DNA of 64,000 nt from Octopus vulgaris (GCA_951406725.2 OX597816.1:51150001-51214000), one strand, 5' to 3'. Shown: positions 36,528 through 50,749, numbered from the stretch's first letter. Numbers and translations: made by a program. The notes: generated from the letters alone by a model not told the origin.

Positions 36528-39500
36528 AAAAAAATATAAGTATCGCTCCCTGAAATAACTCCGAATTACAAATCCTGAAAACATTATTCCTAACCAGGTA
36601 TTAGTTGCATTAAACTACATGGATGATAAGCGAATCAAAAATAAGTATAGTATCTATAACAATTGCAAAACAATGGCTCCGTAGACATGTTTCTCTCGTC
36701 AATTAATTACCCAAATTTCGTTAAACCTCGTATATTCTTGCAATAGGATGAAAGTACTGTTAATGGCACTCGCATTAAGAATGGCATGACCGTCTTTTCA
36801 CCAACGGGTTTAAATAGATTGATGAACCATTCAATAGATGTACAAGTTTTTCCTAATGTTCCTAAAATAATTTCCCTCCATTCTGTTGTCAATTAGCTAA
36901 GCAATTCTCTAGTAAAAAGTCTAGTCTATAAGTTTAAGATCAATACCCATAGGGAATTTAAATATTACATGTGCTCTACTTCAATGTCTCTATAAGTAGT
37001 TTCAGTTCCAGGAATAGAAAGTTCAAACTAAAATGGAGCGTTATAACAACTCTCCAGTACATAAAAGTAACTAGCGGGAATGATGGCAATATATGCGAGA
37101 ATCCCGCCAAATAATAGTAACTGAATATAACGTAATACTTTATGCTGAGATAACAATTAGCTTCTTCTAAACTGTTAGTAACATATTTTCATTCAAATGT
37201 TAAATATCAACGAGTTAAGATAAACGGTAAATTATCTTGAGCTACCCACGAAGATTGCCTGTGTATATGTATGTATATATATGTATGTGTGTGTGTATGT
37301 GTGTGTGTTTGTGTGTGTGTATTATGCACTTTTGAAAATATAAATTTCGTCCCAAAACACTAATACTTGAATGAAAATTGTTATTGAAATGTTTGTAGTC
37401 CATCATATCCCAAAGTGTCTCATCATTAACTTGAATTACATTTTAATTACTTTGATCACCTTTGAAATTCATGACAATATTTAATCACTAGCCTAATGCT
37501 TAATGATATTTGGTTTTCCTAGAGATTATAATTTTCATTAATTAAAAAAATTTAGTTGTGTCCTTACTATTTTTAGTATGCTATACTACACTTATCAACA
37601 CTTGATAACGTCTTTCAGCGATTCTGTTAGGAATAAAACAGTACATTTTTGTATTACATCTCAATCCATTTTTCTTCCTAAATTTTGTCAAAAGATTCCT
37701 TCAGATTATCAACCAATCTGGAGTTTCGTTCAGAGATAAACCTTCACAATAATTTTGAGTAGTTCAATAGCATTACCTAGCACTCCACTCGAGTTGCTGA
37801 TGCCTCTTCACTTACCGATTGTCTAGAAAGCTAAAGGAAAACTTCCACTTGTAAAATTTTCAAATATGCGTGTAATTACAGCTAGTTGATATCAATAGAC
37901 TGTAGACATTATTAAAGATATCATTTATATCATTTAGATGATTAACATGACATAAATCACCAGTATTCTACATTATATATCACAGGCACTCGTATGTAAG
38001 CCATTTTGTCAAACCTATTGTTTTTGTGCACTGTATCCTGCGTGAAAGGATTTTACAAATCCTTCACATAATCATTCAAAATATCAATCAAACCTCTTGA
38101 ACTTCACCCAGTGTGACAGCTTATTCAGTATCTGTTACCTAACACCTACTCATAAATACAAGCAGATACACCAATTTATGGAATTTGGAAGTGAAACTGA
38201 ATTACTAATATTTTAGCTAATATATTTTATTACTGTTAATGAGTTAATATCATCAATACTTGATCAGCAAGCTATATAAGACATGGCTAAACGGTACCTA
38301 TGCGAATGATAGCATTGTGGAATTGAATAATAATATGACAATTGTCTTGAGGTATATTAAATAAAATAGTTTAAAAGTTTCAGCGCAATATCTGATTACT
38401 TAAGCTAGCTGCTATAAATGAAGAGCAAAGTTTCATTGATAAATGTAAACGACAATTTTAGACGTGCAGCCAAATAACAAATATATTTCAGCTGCAGATG
38501 TCATGTAATAAATTATGAGAAATATTTATTCAGCGATGGAGTATTGCAATATCACTATCTAGAAGATATTCTATCAAGATTCCAGACTAAAGCATTAAAT
38601 CAAACATGTATTCATTCATGTAATGATTGTATCTGCAAGATATAGATGAAAGTATTAGTTCGACTAAACACAATTTGAAATACTGAAATGTGATGTTCAA
38701 TCTCTTATATCCATCTATTTCAATCTCATAATCTCGTATTTAGATAAAATAATCCGCAGCATATAATGAAAACAAAGAAATATCATGAAAGTCTATGTGC
38801 AGGAAATAAATTATAAGGACAATATCGCTCTTGAATTTACAGCTATATTAGAATGATATTTCTATCCAATGTTTCCCAATAAGTGTGGAAGCCCCCAATA
38901 TCGAAATATTTAATAAGTATAAAGCAAGAATATGTCCAGCAAAACAGAATTTTTCTAACTGTTAATCTAAGTATATTGTACATCATTATTTTGATATTTT
39001 AACGCCGAATATTTGCTGATTTGATTGCTGCATATAATATTACCAATACATATGCAAGAATATAATTTAGAAATAACTAAATAACTAAATTCATGTCATT
39101 ATACATAAGCACATCTGAGTGGAAATAAATATTCACTCCTGAAGATTGTAGTAATCTACATTGTCATTAGCTTATGTTACGCAAAATTTAACACAGTGCT
39201 GGTGAGGATTTTGAGAAAGAAAGTAATGGCTATCGTGCACTCCTATTTTACCATGTAAATGCAGCCACAAGATAAAAGTTTTGATATGCAACATCTGGTA
39301 AAAAATAAATTGCCATATTATTTAAGCATCTATAATAGATCAGGTTGATTTTCCACACTTCTGTGGACTAATCGAGATAGTGATTGATTAATATGATAAT
39401 AACTGACAAAAAAAAACCATCTCCATAGCTTGAACAGTGTTTTTGAGGAAACTGTGTCAAAATCCTCGAGATTCTATAACCCAAAATCCTCAAATTTCTG

Positions 39501-39849
39501 TAAACAAAACACCACATTTTCAGCATTTTTAGTCGGAAAAAAATCATGCAATGTCATTTAAAAAATCCACAAAAATGTTACATCTTTATTCAAAAGCAGT
39601 GAAGATATGTACAAACTCTATAGACAAATAAGACAAACTTAGATACCAAAACCATCCTACTTTTCACTATAAGAGCCCTTTGGATCGCCAAAAGTCTTAA
39701 GGCTTCGGCGAGAATGCATTTGTGCCTTGATTCGAGTTCATAAAGTGTATGGGAAGCTTCAAATACCACCTTCACTACATTTTCAACACTGAGAATCTGC
39801 AGGCAAACCTTATAGCGCCAGCTTGGGGCCCACATGCCAGTCTATATCT

Positions 39850-41010
39850 TGTAAGTCAAAGAGGAGGTGATTAGTAAGGCTTGCTCCAAGACTGGAAGAA
39901 ACATCAGCCATAATCAATTCCATGGCATATCTGGGGGTTTACAAAAAGCTTGCATCTCCAGTTAGGTCATCCTTGTCTGGAGATTGTCGTTATTAAATGA
40001 CTGATATAAAAACTAAAAAAAAATATTGAAGAGAAACTGGGGAACAGAGAGGTAATAGGAGACAAAATAGAGATAAATTAGATTAAAAATAAACTCAGAT
40101 GTAGGAAAAAACATTACCTCTTATGATTCTCCCGAGCTAGATTCTAAGGAAATATCTTGTGAGGATATGGAGGTAAGTGTGGCCAAATCCAGTTCCTCCT
40201 GATGTTGAATCTATTTCTGTAATATTTTTGCCTTAGCTACAATATTCTGGTTTCTCTTCACAGCAGCTTTATCCAGAGACCCGAGCTGGAAAGAGCCCTT
40301 CCGTCCTGTTTTGTCCCTCTGATCTCTGAAGTATTACTTCCCCTCTGCTGGAAATGAAATATGAAAGTATATTGAACAGCGTATATAAAATAAGATATAA
40401 AACGACGAAAAATATTAATGATTATCTTTTTTGATACTTGAGAGAAAAGGTAGATTACAGGAGGAAAATGCGTATATTCTCCAGTTAAATCCATGGGGTT
40501 CTCTTCTATTTAAGAGGCAATTATAGATCTAAGTAAGATTAGTTAAAAGTAAAACAAGATAGTTTTACCTTCTTACTAGGGGATCACCTGTAGATTATAT
40601 GCTGAACTTGACAATGTTTTTCTTGCACTTCATAGTATTGTCATCATAAGGATGACAAGAAGAAATGTCAAAAATGTTCTCCTGCTTTTCTTCCATGTTC
40701 TGTTCCTTGACTGTGGAAAGACATTTGCGATTTATCTCATTTGTTTTCTTAAAGGACACTCTATCCACCAATTTCATTACATAATATTCCTCATACAGTG
40801 GCAGCCGTGGGTTCACTGCCTGTCAGATCTTAATTACATCCTTTGCTATTATAGTCTTTCAAGTCAGGTTGGCTGTTTTGGAGGAAATAACTGTACTGAA
40901 TAAGTTGGCGGAGTGTAGGAAGCTCTGTTTTATCAAAAGTGGAATACTGTCCACCGAATTGTTTGGCACTGTCACGTCCAGTTAATACTGCAGAATTCCT
41001 TTTTCTACCG
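39850..41010 (-). pseudogene. Intron-containing DNA-transposase relic, N-terminal half (hATm-like)
   Basis: Ordered motifs ELPTLRQLIQY, NPRLPL, IFDISSC, HIIYR*SPSKK, YFRDQRDKTGRKGSFQLGSLDK and PRYAMELIMADVSSSLGASLTN. GT donors at 40568 and 40117, AG acceptor at 40002-40001. Family assignment is from recalled motifs. Confidence 0.55.
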
Positions 41011-42456
41011 ATTTTTTGAAATATCTGAAAATGTTTTAAGTTTATAGGCATTTGATACGCAAATGTCATGCGACAGTACAAAATAATTCCTTAATGAATA
41101 TCTGTAAAGCATTTAAACAAGCTCGATGCATTATTTTGTTGAAAATGACAAACTTTAATTGGTTATTTTTATTGAATTATGTCCAATGGTTGGCTATTTA
41201 TGTATGAAATTATACAAGTTTACAACTTTTAAATAACTGAGAATCCGCAAAACCTACAAGCATTTTCATAAATATGAGTTAATGCAAGGCTTTCTATGCA
41301 TTAATACCTTTCTATCTTGACTAATCCAAGATTACTGTTCCAAAACCGACCTACTCTGTTCTATAAGGTGTATGTTTATTGAGCTGAAATCAGAAATGTC
41401 TAACGTTTAATAGCATCCAGCAGATTTTCGACGTATAAATTAAATTAAATCTAAATCAGGGATGTTTTCGCCCCACTGATCTAATGACATATCCAAATAA
41501 TGTTTATTTCTAATGCATTCATGCAACTGTAAAAAATGCATTTCGAAATGTCGAGCATACAGGATGTTAAGTGATGAAAAACAAACAGTTCCTTACACGT
41601 ACTTTGTAAACATTCTAGGAATAATTCAATTACTTGCAACCAAATATCCAACCGATCGAAATGTAATGTAGATTTAAAAGTAGTTCATTTATAAAAGTAG
41701 GCAAATAATATGAATTTGTTAATTATTACAAGAACTATTCTTTTTTGAATCGATTAAAATTTAGATCGATTATCATGCGGGCAAATTCAGGTCATATATT
41801 AAAATGAATATGAAAAATTAGCGAATTATACACACTAACGCAGACAATTCTCCATTCCGTTTCATTCAATGTAGTGTTACCCAGGAGTAACTGATGTCAA
41901 CAGATGGCACGATGCAAGGCAATGGGAAATATAATTCGAGTTTATTCTATCATTATATTCTCATCCACGAATAATTACACTTCTAATGAGGACGACTTTA
42001 ATTATTTAGATCTAAACTTTTAAATTAGCGATTAGAATCCTTTAAGCGTTGTGTCAAAAATCGGAAAGTATATTTAGTCTGGAGAAGAAGCAAATCAACG
42101 CCCTAATATTACTAAATTAATACATACATTTTGGTATGGATTTATAAAGAATTTAAATTCAGCATTGTATTAGCGTTTCTCTGTGCTTGTTCTTGTCATT
42201 TCCTTTTGAATTCCAAACATTCCATTACGTCTAACGAATATTTTCGTTGGTCATGAGAACGTGAAAGGAAGCGGAGGAAATGTGCAAGGATTTTTATTTA
42301 AGATATATTTAGGTGTTGGACGAACTCACACATATACACAAATATTTATATGTATGAATACATAGAAAATGTGTGCGGAAGACATAGCCACTGAACTATT
42401 TTCTTTTAAATTATCACCCTCTTTCATACTTATAAGCAGCAGAACATAGTCAAACA

Positions 42457-42639
42457 TACAGTTCTATATTTAAGAGATGAGGAATTAAGTACATCATTTA
42501 AATAATCTACATTTGACGGATATTTGTGTCCATCTTGTTTGTTGTTAACACAACCATTCGTCTAATAAACCCTCCAGCCTTCATCAGGTTCCTTGGAGAA
42601 ATTTCGAACCTGATTTCTCATTCCTAAGGTATTTTCCGA

Positions 42640-42704
<65 letters not shown>

Positions 42705-42926
42705 TCACTGCCTGGAATTGAACACGGAATCTTATGGTAAGTAGCCCGCGCTCTTAACCACAATGCTATATGCTCACGGGCATATGACGTAGTGGTTAAG
42801 CGATCGGGCTACTAACCTCAAGATTCCGAGTTCGATTCCAGGCAGTGGCCTGAATAAAATAATAATAATAGTAATGATAATAATAATAATAATGATAACA
42901 ATATTAATAATAATAAAGATAATAAT

Positions 42927-42978
<52 letters not shown>

Positions 42979-43125
42979 TTGCACTACTAGGCACTGCACA
43001 CATCCTACGCAGAACACTTTCCATACAATAACCATCAGAGCATCACAACAAATCACAGCACATACCCAAGGCACACAGAGCTGCGCTCGGTAGTGAAGTG
43101 AAAGCACGCTATAAAAATAAAACTA

Positions 43126-43169
<44 letters not shown>

Positions 43170-43325
43170 CAACAACAACAACATTGAAAATACCTTAGAA
43201 ATGAGAACCCTGGTTCGAACTTTCCCCAAGACACCTGATGAATGCTGGAGGGTATATCTGCCGAAGGGTTGTGTTAACAACAAACAAGATGAGGAGAAAT
43301 ATTGGTCAAATGTAAATTGTATAAA
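42457..43325. mobile_element. Head-to-head palindromic pair of family D tRNA/HHR elements
   Basis: Minus arm 42457-42775 and plus arm 42778-43325, centred on ATATGCTC-AC-GGGCATAT. HHR-like motifs at 42548-42590 (-) and 43231-43274 (+). Confidence 0.85.
42975..43130 (+). mobile_element. 5'-truncated R4/Dong LINE 3' end inserted in the (AAT)n of element D
   Basis: IALLGTAHILRRTLSIQ* plus 3' UTR, homologous to about 25720-25860 (-). Confidence 0.8.
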
Positions 43326-44490
43326 TGTTTAAACTTACAATTATTACTTCAGTACATGTGTATTTGTGTACATGTATATACATTTGTCTACCGTTTAAAA
43401 GAAATAAAATAATGCTCTGTATTTTAATTAGTGTTTTTATTAATTTATTATGTGCTTCCGCAGAACATAGGATGTTGATAACAATATCAATTGCACTGTA
43501 CACTTCCTGTATTTGAAATTGTTTACTACACGCTGATTAACAGTATTTCCAAATGAGGATATTTTTTTATTGAAGTAGTTGGCTAATTACCGATCAATGC
43601 CTCGAAGCAAGGAATCAGTGAAGTATGTAAACTTTGCCTTTATGAATAAAACTTAACCTATTACACATTCTACTAATTTAAATGAACTAATTTGGAAAGA
43701 AAAAACCTGAATAAAACTGGTCTTCATTTTGTATAACTTCAAATGTATTAACGAACTGATTGCCAATGTTAAATGTGCAGGATAAATTTATATTTAGTTT
43801 AGAATTTAGGAACAAGTTTAAAAATTTAGATTGGATCGATTTGTTTATAGTTCAGTAAAACCGTTATCGACGTAATTAAATATCTGCTAAATTACAAAAA
43901 CTAAGATATTGTTAGTCTACAGAAACGACATACTTTACAAATTAGAGTTAAAATTGGAACGCCTGCAAAACCCGAACAAAGAAAAAAATCTTGAATCCAA
44001 TTAAATAAAATTTTGTTGATTGGATAAAACATCGAAGCAATATATGCATCGAAAACAGAAACTTTGGTAGTTCTATTTATGTGAGTGGTTTTAAGAGGAT
44101 ATTTAAAATTCTTAGATCTTATTTGCATCTAAATTAAGTATGTTTATCATGATAATATTATCTACAACTTGATAAGAACACATGCATTTGAACAAAAAAT
44201 ATATAAGGAATATTGAATCCAATGTGTTTCAAATGAAAATTTAGCTTTATTGTCTCATTAGGCAAATATTGATTCAAAATCATCTTCGAAAATTAATTAT
44301 TTTACTCATTGCAATAAAATTTACCGGTGTTTAGAAATAGGAGGTATACTCAAAATGTACTACTAAAACCACTTCAGTAACTATGCCAATACATTTGACC
44401 TTTATAGGAAAAACGTCAAATTACCCTTCACTTACTATCATCGCCAGTTTATAAAATGCACAAGAGGATTTCTGATTAAGTTGCTAATTA

Positions 44491-45751
44491 TCATGTCATT
44501 AACAATGAAATGCCCGATTTTGAAATGAAATCTATTTTGCTTTATCTCAACAAAAAAAAAACAATACAGTTAATCAAAATATGCACCTAATTTATAAACA
44601 CAATTCTGCTATTTTATCTATAGCCTATTTATGCCAGCAGCGAAAAATTCTTGAGAGCAAGAAGTGTTGAAATCACGAAAGGCTGTTTTTGCTTCTTCTT
44701 CAGATTTCAAGCATTTTCCTTGGAAATTGTTTGACTAATGCCTGGAAAACCTGATAGTCAGTTAGTGCAAGGTCTTGTGTATATCGTGGATGACAGAGTA
44801 CTTCCAAGTTAAGTTCCAGTAAGTTGAGAAGCGTTTTTTGTGCAACATGTGGCCGAGCATTTTCTTGCAAGAGAATTTGGCTGTCTCTATTGACGAATCT
44901 CGGTTGTTTAATTGCAAATTCACTCATTAAATCATCCAGTTGGTTGATGTACACATCCGCTGTAATTGACTTACCACGTCTCATGAAGCCGTAGTGGTTG
45001 ACACCAGCGATAGACCTCCAAACAGACACTATTAGTTTTTCTGGTGAACATTCTTTTTGGGATTCTAATGTGGCACTTCGTCACTATCGGACCACCGTGC
45101 AGGACGCTTTCTGTTGTTGAAAAGAATCCTTTTTTCATCACACGTAACAATAAGATGCAAAGATGATTCCTTTTTATAGTGCGACAGCAAAGAACAGCAA
45201 TTTTCAAGACGATGTTCAGTTAGTGTAGTACCCACTTGTCCAGCTTCTTTACCTTGCCGATTTGTTTCAGACGCTCCAATATAGTTGGAATCGAAACATC
45301 AAGCCTTACTGCTAAACTCGTACGTAGTTCGAAATGTACTTGCTTTCACTACAGTTCCAAGCTCATCATTATCCACCTTCGTCTCAGGTCTACTACGGGA
45401 TTTATTTTCAAGAGTAATATCACTAGACTGGAAGTTCTCAAACTATCGACGCATAATGCGCTCATTCGCCACATTTTCACCATTGATGTTTCGAGATGGC
45501 GATGAATTATTTCCACAGCGGAACTCATATTCATAAACAACACGAATGTTTGATTTACCCATGTGTTCACAAAAATTGACTTGCAAGAGAAAACTCACAT
45601 TATAATGAGACACCATGGCTTGAATTTCGAAAAGTGATGATGTAACTCTTCAGTGTTCTAAAAGAAAAAATTGCGTAGATGAAATATTAGAGTTAGCGAC
45701 TGTCAAACCTGGCGCTTGAAAAAGTTACACATTTCATTCGTAATGACCTGA
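44491..45751 (-). mobile_element. Full-length mariner transposon (cecropia-like), decayed
   Basis: TIRs TA|TCATGTCATTAACAATGAAATG and CATTTCATTCGTAATGACCTGA|TA; motifs IVTCDEKRIL, LLQENARPHVAQKTL and HPRYTQDLALTDYQVF. Confidence 0.9.
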
Positions 45752-45889
45752 TATTAATAAAACCACTAGATTTTATTAATATCATTATTGATATTAATAA
45801 CCACTAGGATATCTTGAATGATGATGCTCAAGAAACACACTGGGCCTGATATCATAAAGCGGGCTAAATATTAAGGGTTCCACTAAGTA

Positions 45890-46600
45890 TCAATAACAAT
45901 ATGTAACAATAAGCTGACCAAGACCATCTATCAGGCATGTGTACTTAGCACTCTACTGTATGGAAGTGAGACTTGGACGCCATACACACGCCAAGAGCGT
46001 CGCCTAAACATCATTCATCTGCGCTGACTCCGGAAAATCTTTCGCATCAAATGTCAGAACCATGTCCCCAACAAAGATGTTCTCAATCAAGCAGGAATAC
46101 CAAGCATGTTTGCACTCCTCACACAAAGACGTATGAGATGCCTCGGGCATGTTAGCCGTATGAAAGATGGCAGAATCCCCAAGGACGTACTCTACGGAGA
46201 GCTTGCTAGGGGTACTAGGTCTGTGGGAAGACCGTTCTTACGTTACAAAGATGTTTGCAAAAGGGACATGAAGGCCTGCAGCATCAATATTAGCAATTGG
46301 GAAGCAGTTGTCAGCAACCGTGGAGATTGGCGACGTACCGTAAAAGAGGGAATACAAAGGAGTGACAGAGAGAGAGAGGAGAAATGGAAAGACAAGAAAA
46401 GATGTCAACAAGAAACTATGACATTAAAACCAGCCAGGAACAGTTTTCGCTACATTTGTGGCACCTGCCAGAGGGAGTGTTTGTCCAGGATAGGACTACA
46501 CAGCCACATCAGGAAATGTATTAGGACATGAAATGTAAAATGCAGACTAGATTATTTTATGCGCACCTCCATTGTCTCCGAGACAAAAAGGATGCCAACA
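45890..46600 (+). mobile_element. RTE (BovB-like) LINE, 5'-truncated 3' end
   Basis: YQACVLSTLLYGSETW...RRMRCLGHVSRMKDGRIPKDVLYGEL...GRPFLRYKDVCKRDMK...CGTCQRECLSRIGLHSH; 3' UTR CCATTGTCTCCGAGAC...GGATGCC. Confidence 0.92.
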
Positions 46601-47216
46601 ACCACAAAGTATATAGTTAACTCTGTAAATTGTATAAACCGATACTCAATATAGAATTATAGAGATGAAACTTCTCATCCAATATATCCATTATTGTTTT
46701 ATAGTCTAGTGTTTAATAACAAAACAGCCTTATTTTTCTGACTGTCGCTAAGGTGCATATAGAAATGCAAAGTACATAACTGTTCAATCTTCTTGTGTAA
46801 TTCTCCTTCATTATAATGATCAAGATACTGATTTAACAATCACAGGTTCTTGAAATTGCACCCCGCCATCTGATACGTAATGGTAACACATAATTCAGAG
46901 TCGTTAGATAAAAGGGAAGACGCAACTTGATACAATTTTAGAAAACTAACCCAGACTGAATATAGGGTATTTGGGAGCAAAAGTTTACCGCCGCATTTTG
47001 CTGGTAATTTTTTTTTAGATATGCAGCACTCTGGCAAACCATATAGTCTAAGAATCGAAACCTGTATAACTTTCAAATGTCTGTTAAAAACACACAAGAG
47101 TTTTTAACATTATGAACATTATGAGAGTCATTGACAGGAGAGGGTCTTGCGATATATTTGAGTAGATACAAATGTTGAAAAATAAAACGGACTATGCTGA
47201 TGAACAAGATTCAAGA

Positions 47217-47283
<67 letters not shown>

Positions 47284-47404
47284 GATATAGATATATAGAT
47301 AGATAGACAGATATATAGATATACACCACCTCTATACACACACAAACAAATATATGTATATATGTGTGACTGAGTGTGTGTGTGTCTGTATGTGAACATG
47401 CTGC

Positions 47405-48190
47405 GATGGGTAAATTCTCACCATTTTATATTTTTAATTACGCGTATGCACACTATTTGTTTCTGAATTTGTTGACTACACAGAATTGTTGGGTTAGACG
47501 GGCACCGTCTGTGAGAACAAGAGCACCATGATGCAATTCACTCTGCCAGAAATGTGGAAATGACATTGTCTACTGCTCGCCATTTGTACCGGAAGCCCCA
47601 ATACGAACATTTCAGAGTGTTTGGGTGTGAATCTGAGGCCAGTGCAATCTGAGGACACGTACCGAGAGTGATAAAAATCAAGCAGCTAGTACACCTCGTT
47701 GTGCTTGGAGCGACTACATCAAGTGCCTCAAGGAGATAGTGCTACCCTGGGTCACGAGGGTGTCGCCTGGAAAACCCTATGTCTGACAATAGGAACCTGC
47801 ACGATGCCAGATAAGCAGAACGCGGTCATGGCTGTCAGGCAATTTCTGCGTCGACATCGCCTCTAACATCTGCCTAATTAACTCGCCCGACTGCAACCCT
47901 CTTGATTATTATATGTGCAGCGTAGTTTAGCAAGGGGCCAACAAAACACTTTGTAATATCAAAGATGAACTGAAGGCAAGGACTATGGCAGCATTTGCTA
48001 TCTTAGATAAGGAGGCCGTCCAGAAGAGTTGCAGGAAATTCCGAAGTCATCTGGAAGCCGCGGTTGAAGTCAATGGCGATTTTATGGGTGAAATTTACTC
48101 TTTAGTATTTCAAGATATCTGAATGTAATTTTGGCAAATATATTTGTTAAACTGTGATGTCAGTCATATTTTTGCGTAGTTTAGACAAAT
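47405..48190 (+). mobile_element. Second decayed maT-like transposon copy (internally deleted)
   Basis: Homologous to 3100-4286 (GCCGTCTGTGAGAA; CCCGACTGCAACCCTCTTGATTATTAT = PDCNPLDYY). Confidence 0.75.
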
Positions 48191-48198
48191 ACACACAC

Positions 48199-48265
<67 letters not shown>

Positions 48266-48437
48266 GATATATATATATATATATATAAGCACTCATAAAT
48301 CTCTGAACGAGGTATCAACAGTAGTTGGTAGGGCACAGAGACTGTGTCAATATCCAGCTGGAGATGTTTTCCTGGGGCTGCAAACTACAGTAGCATCCAC
48401 CCTTAGTGGTTAGCCACATTTAGATGGCAAATATACT

Positions 48438-48493
<56 letters not shown>

Positions 48494-48624
48494 TATATTG
48501 AGGGTACTACTATTCGTAGATACCAACACGCTAAGAGGGACCAATGCGGTCAAAACTACTAAAAATAAACAAAATTTTACCGAAAGCAAAACTTCAAAAC
48601 ACATCATTTTAAAAAAGAATTCAG

Positions 48625-48680
48625 TTACATATCACATGTGATTTCGCATTTAATGCAGAATATATATTTCATGTTCATCA
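48625..48680 (-). ncRNA. 5'-truncated hammerhead motif in a (TA)n-flanked element
   Basis: Minus strand UGAUGA-ACAU...AUGC-GAAA-UCACAUGUGA-UA; helix III is the palindrome AUCACAUGUGAU; C3 and the helix I 5' strand are lost at the (TA)n. Confidence 0.45.
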
Positions 48681-49368
48681 TATATATATATATATCCATA
48701 TACTATGTGAGTGTGTGTCTGTGTGTGTCAGCTTCGAGAATCTACAACATATACTGTATGTATGTTATATTTGAAATTCTGAACAGTTAGTCTTACTTTC
48801 AGCCTACATGTTTTTAAAACTGTCTAAAACAATTTTGTAAAAAAAGAACTAATTCCAGCTATTTGTTGGTGGCATTACAAGATAGGATGCAGAAAGAATC
48901 AAATGACAAAAGAAAAGAAAAAAGTAAAAACATGAATTTAATAATGAGATTTAATTTTGTTCCGGAAAAGAAAAGAAACAGATCAACTTATATGTAATCC
49001 AGGTATCATGACCAACAAATTATGCTCCATTAACCGAATATAAAGAGATAATGTAGCGAATCACTTCTTCCCTTTTAAAGCACTTGGAATTTCTTGTCGA
49101 GTTTTTTTTTATATTCACCGGCGTTATTCATTTGAGAACTTTTCAAAAAAAATGTTCTTCCCCTTTCCCTCCGACAGTTACTCGTCGACATATAATCCTA
49201 TATTAGTTAACGGTCTGTTTTAATTTTGTTGTTTGTTTTCATTTTTCCCCACTGCACCACATTTAACATTTCTCTATCTGTCTAGCTCAGTGGGTATAAA
49301 TACAGACATACATACATGTATAGTCACACACATATATACATACATATACATATACACATATATATATA

Positions 49369-49450
<82 letters not shown>

Positions 49451-49540
49451 GTTGAAATTTACAGAAAAACAAAAGACGAAGTCAGGTATATAAAGAACAG
49501 GCAGGTGTATTAGTTTGACGATCGGGAGAGTGAGAAAGTG

Positions 49541-49575
49541 TTCTAGATTTCGAGCCTAAGCTCTTCAACAGAAAT
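49541..49575 (-). ncRNA. Degenerate hammerhead motif in a (TA)n-flanked element (49451-49590)
   Basis: Minus strand CUGUUGA-A-GAGC-uuag-GCUC-GAAA-UCUA. Confidence 0.45.
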
Positions 49576-49611
49576 GAACACGAGGAAATATATAAATACG
49601 TATATATATAC

Positions 49612-49643
<32 letters not shown>

Positions 49644-49687
49644 GAATAAATAAATGGAATTTAACGCAGGTGTAATCAAATATTTTT

Positions 49688-49773
49688 ACTTTCGACACAT
49701 GTTTCGAAAATCCCACTGATACTATCCAAAAGAATAAATGGTATAAACAATGCAATCTTCTCCTCAGGAAAGT
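49688..49773 (-). ncRNA. Type I hammerhead ribozyme with canonical core and long helix II
   Basis: ACUUUC-CUGAGGA-GAAGAUU.CAUUG...CAGUG.GAUUUUC-GAAA-C-AUGU-G-UC/GAAAGU. Helix I is 6 bp, 10.1-11.1 is G-C and the cleavage site is GUC. Confidence 0.85.
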
Positions 49774-50433
49774 GAATAAAGCGAAACTTGTCAATAAGAC
49801 ATTTTAGCAAAAAATGATGGATTTGTATAGCGATAGACAGAACGCTATTCATATTGTTTTAAAAAAACGTTATATGATATAACGTCATAAGTAGCTAACA
49901 GAAAGAGTAGGGATACCAATAGTGAATGTTAAATATAAAGGAAATTAAAGTTTAAATTATATATAATGATAGAGACTACTTATATGCACTAAATGTATGT
50001 TTTTGCCAATGCTTACATCTGTATGCTCGCTCTATAACCGTGTTTTCTAGAGTACTTTTAGAAAAAAAAAACTGAAAAATAGCTCAGAATTGCAAAGAAG
50101 ACATAATTCCTTGCCTAAATTCTTTTAGATAACTCTAACGATGTGCTTCCAATATAAAATCGTACTTTATTACGAGTATTGATTATACACTGGTATGTAG
50201 AATTTTTAATCTTAGAGTTACTTGACATAAACTTAATTCTATTGGAATTGACTTCAGATACAATAACCTTGTTGGATGGTATTAGATAAATTAATGTTAG
50301 TATTAGTAAATGTACTAATATTTAACAGTTTCTTATTATGTGAAGAGATAATTTGCAAGAGATTTTTTGTGTTTGAAAAACCTATCCTAACCTTATGTGA
50401 ATTGATAATAGAGTAATGTCTAGAATATTACTG

Positions 50434-50492
<59 letters not shown>

Positions 50493-50676
50493 AAAGTAAA
50501 TAAATGATACAACGAAGTACCAATATTTACTGGAAAATAGCGAACGTAATAAATACGACGCTAATGTATAGCTTCACTGCGTATGTACTAGTAAAGATGC
50601 GTGTGTGCAACAAACATGAACAATTGTCTAACTTCTAGGAAGAACATCTGAAAAATGAAAAACCTAGATAAGGATA

Positions 50677-50749
50677 ATGCAGTACCGGTTTCGGATTTTT
50701 CAAAATACGAATGCCAATCGTATAATTGATTTATCTTCATCAGCCACAT
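50677..50749 (-). ncRNA. Type I hammerhead ribozyme with long helix II
   Basis: AUGUGG-CUGAUGA-AGAU..UCAA..AUACGA...UCGUAU.UUGA..AUCC-GAAA-CCGG-UA/CUGCAU; helix III is the palindrome ACCGGU; 10.1-11.1 is an A-C mismatch. Confidence 0.7.

Noticed and set aside
36560-39450. Repeat-poor 3-kb stretch as coding sequence or ancient viral/Polinton relic
   Set aside because: No long ORF or recognisable motif on either strand by eye.
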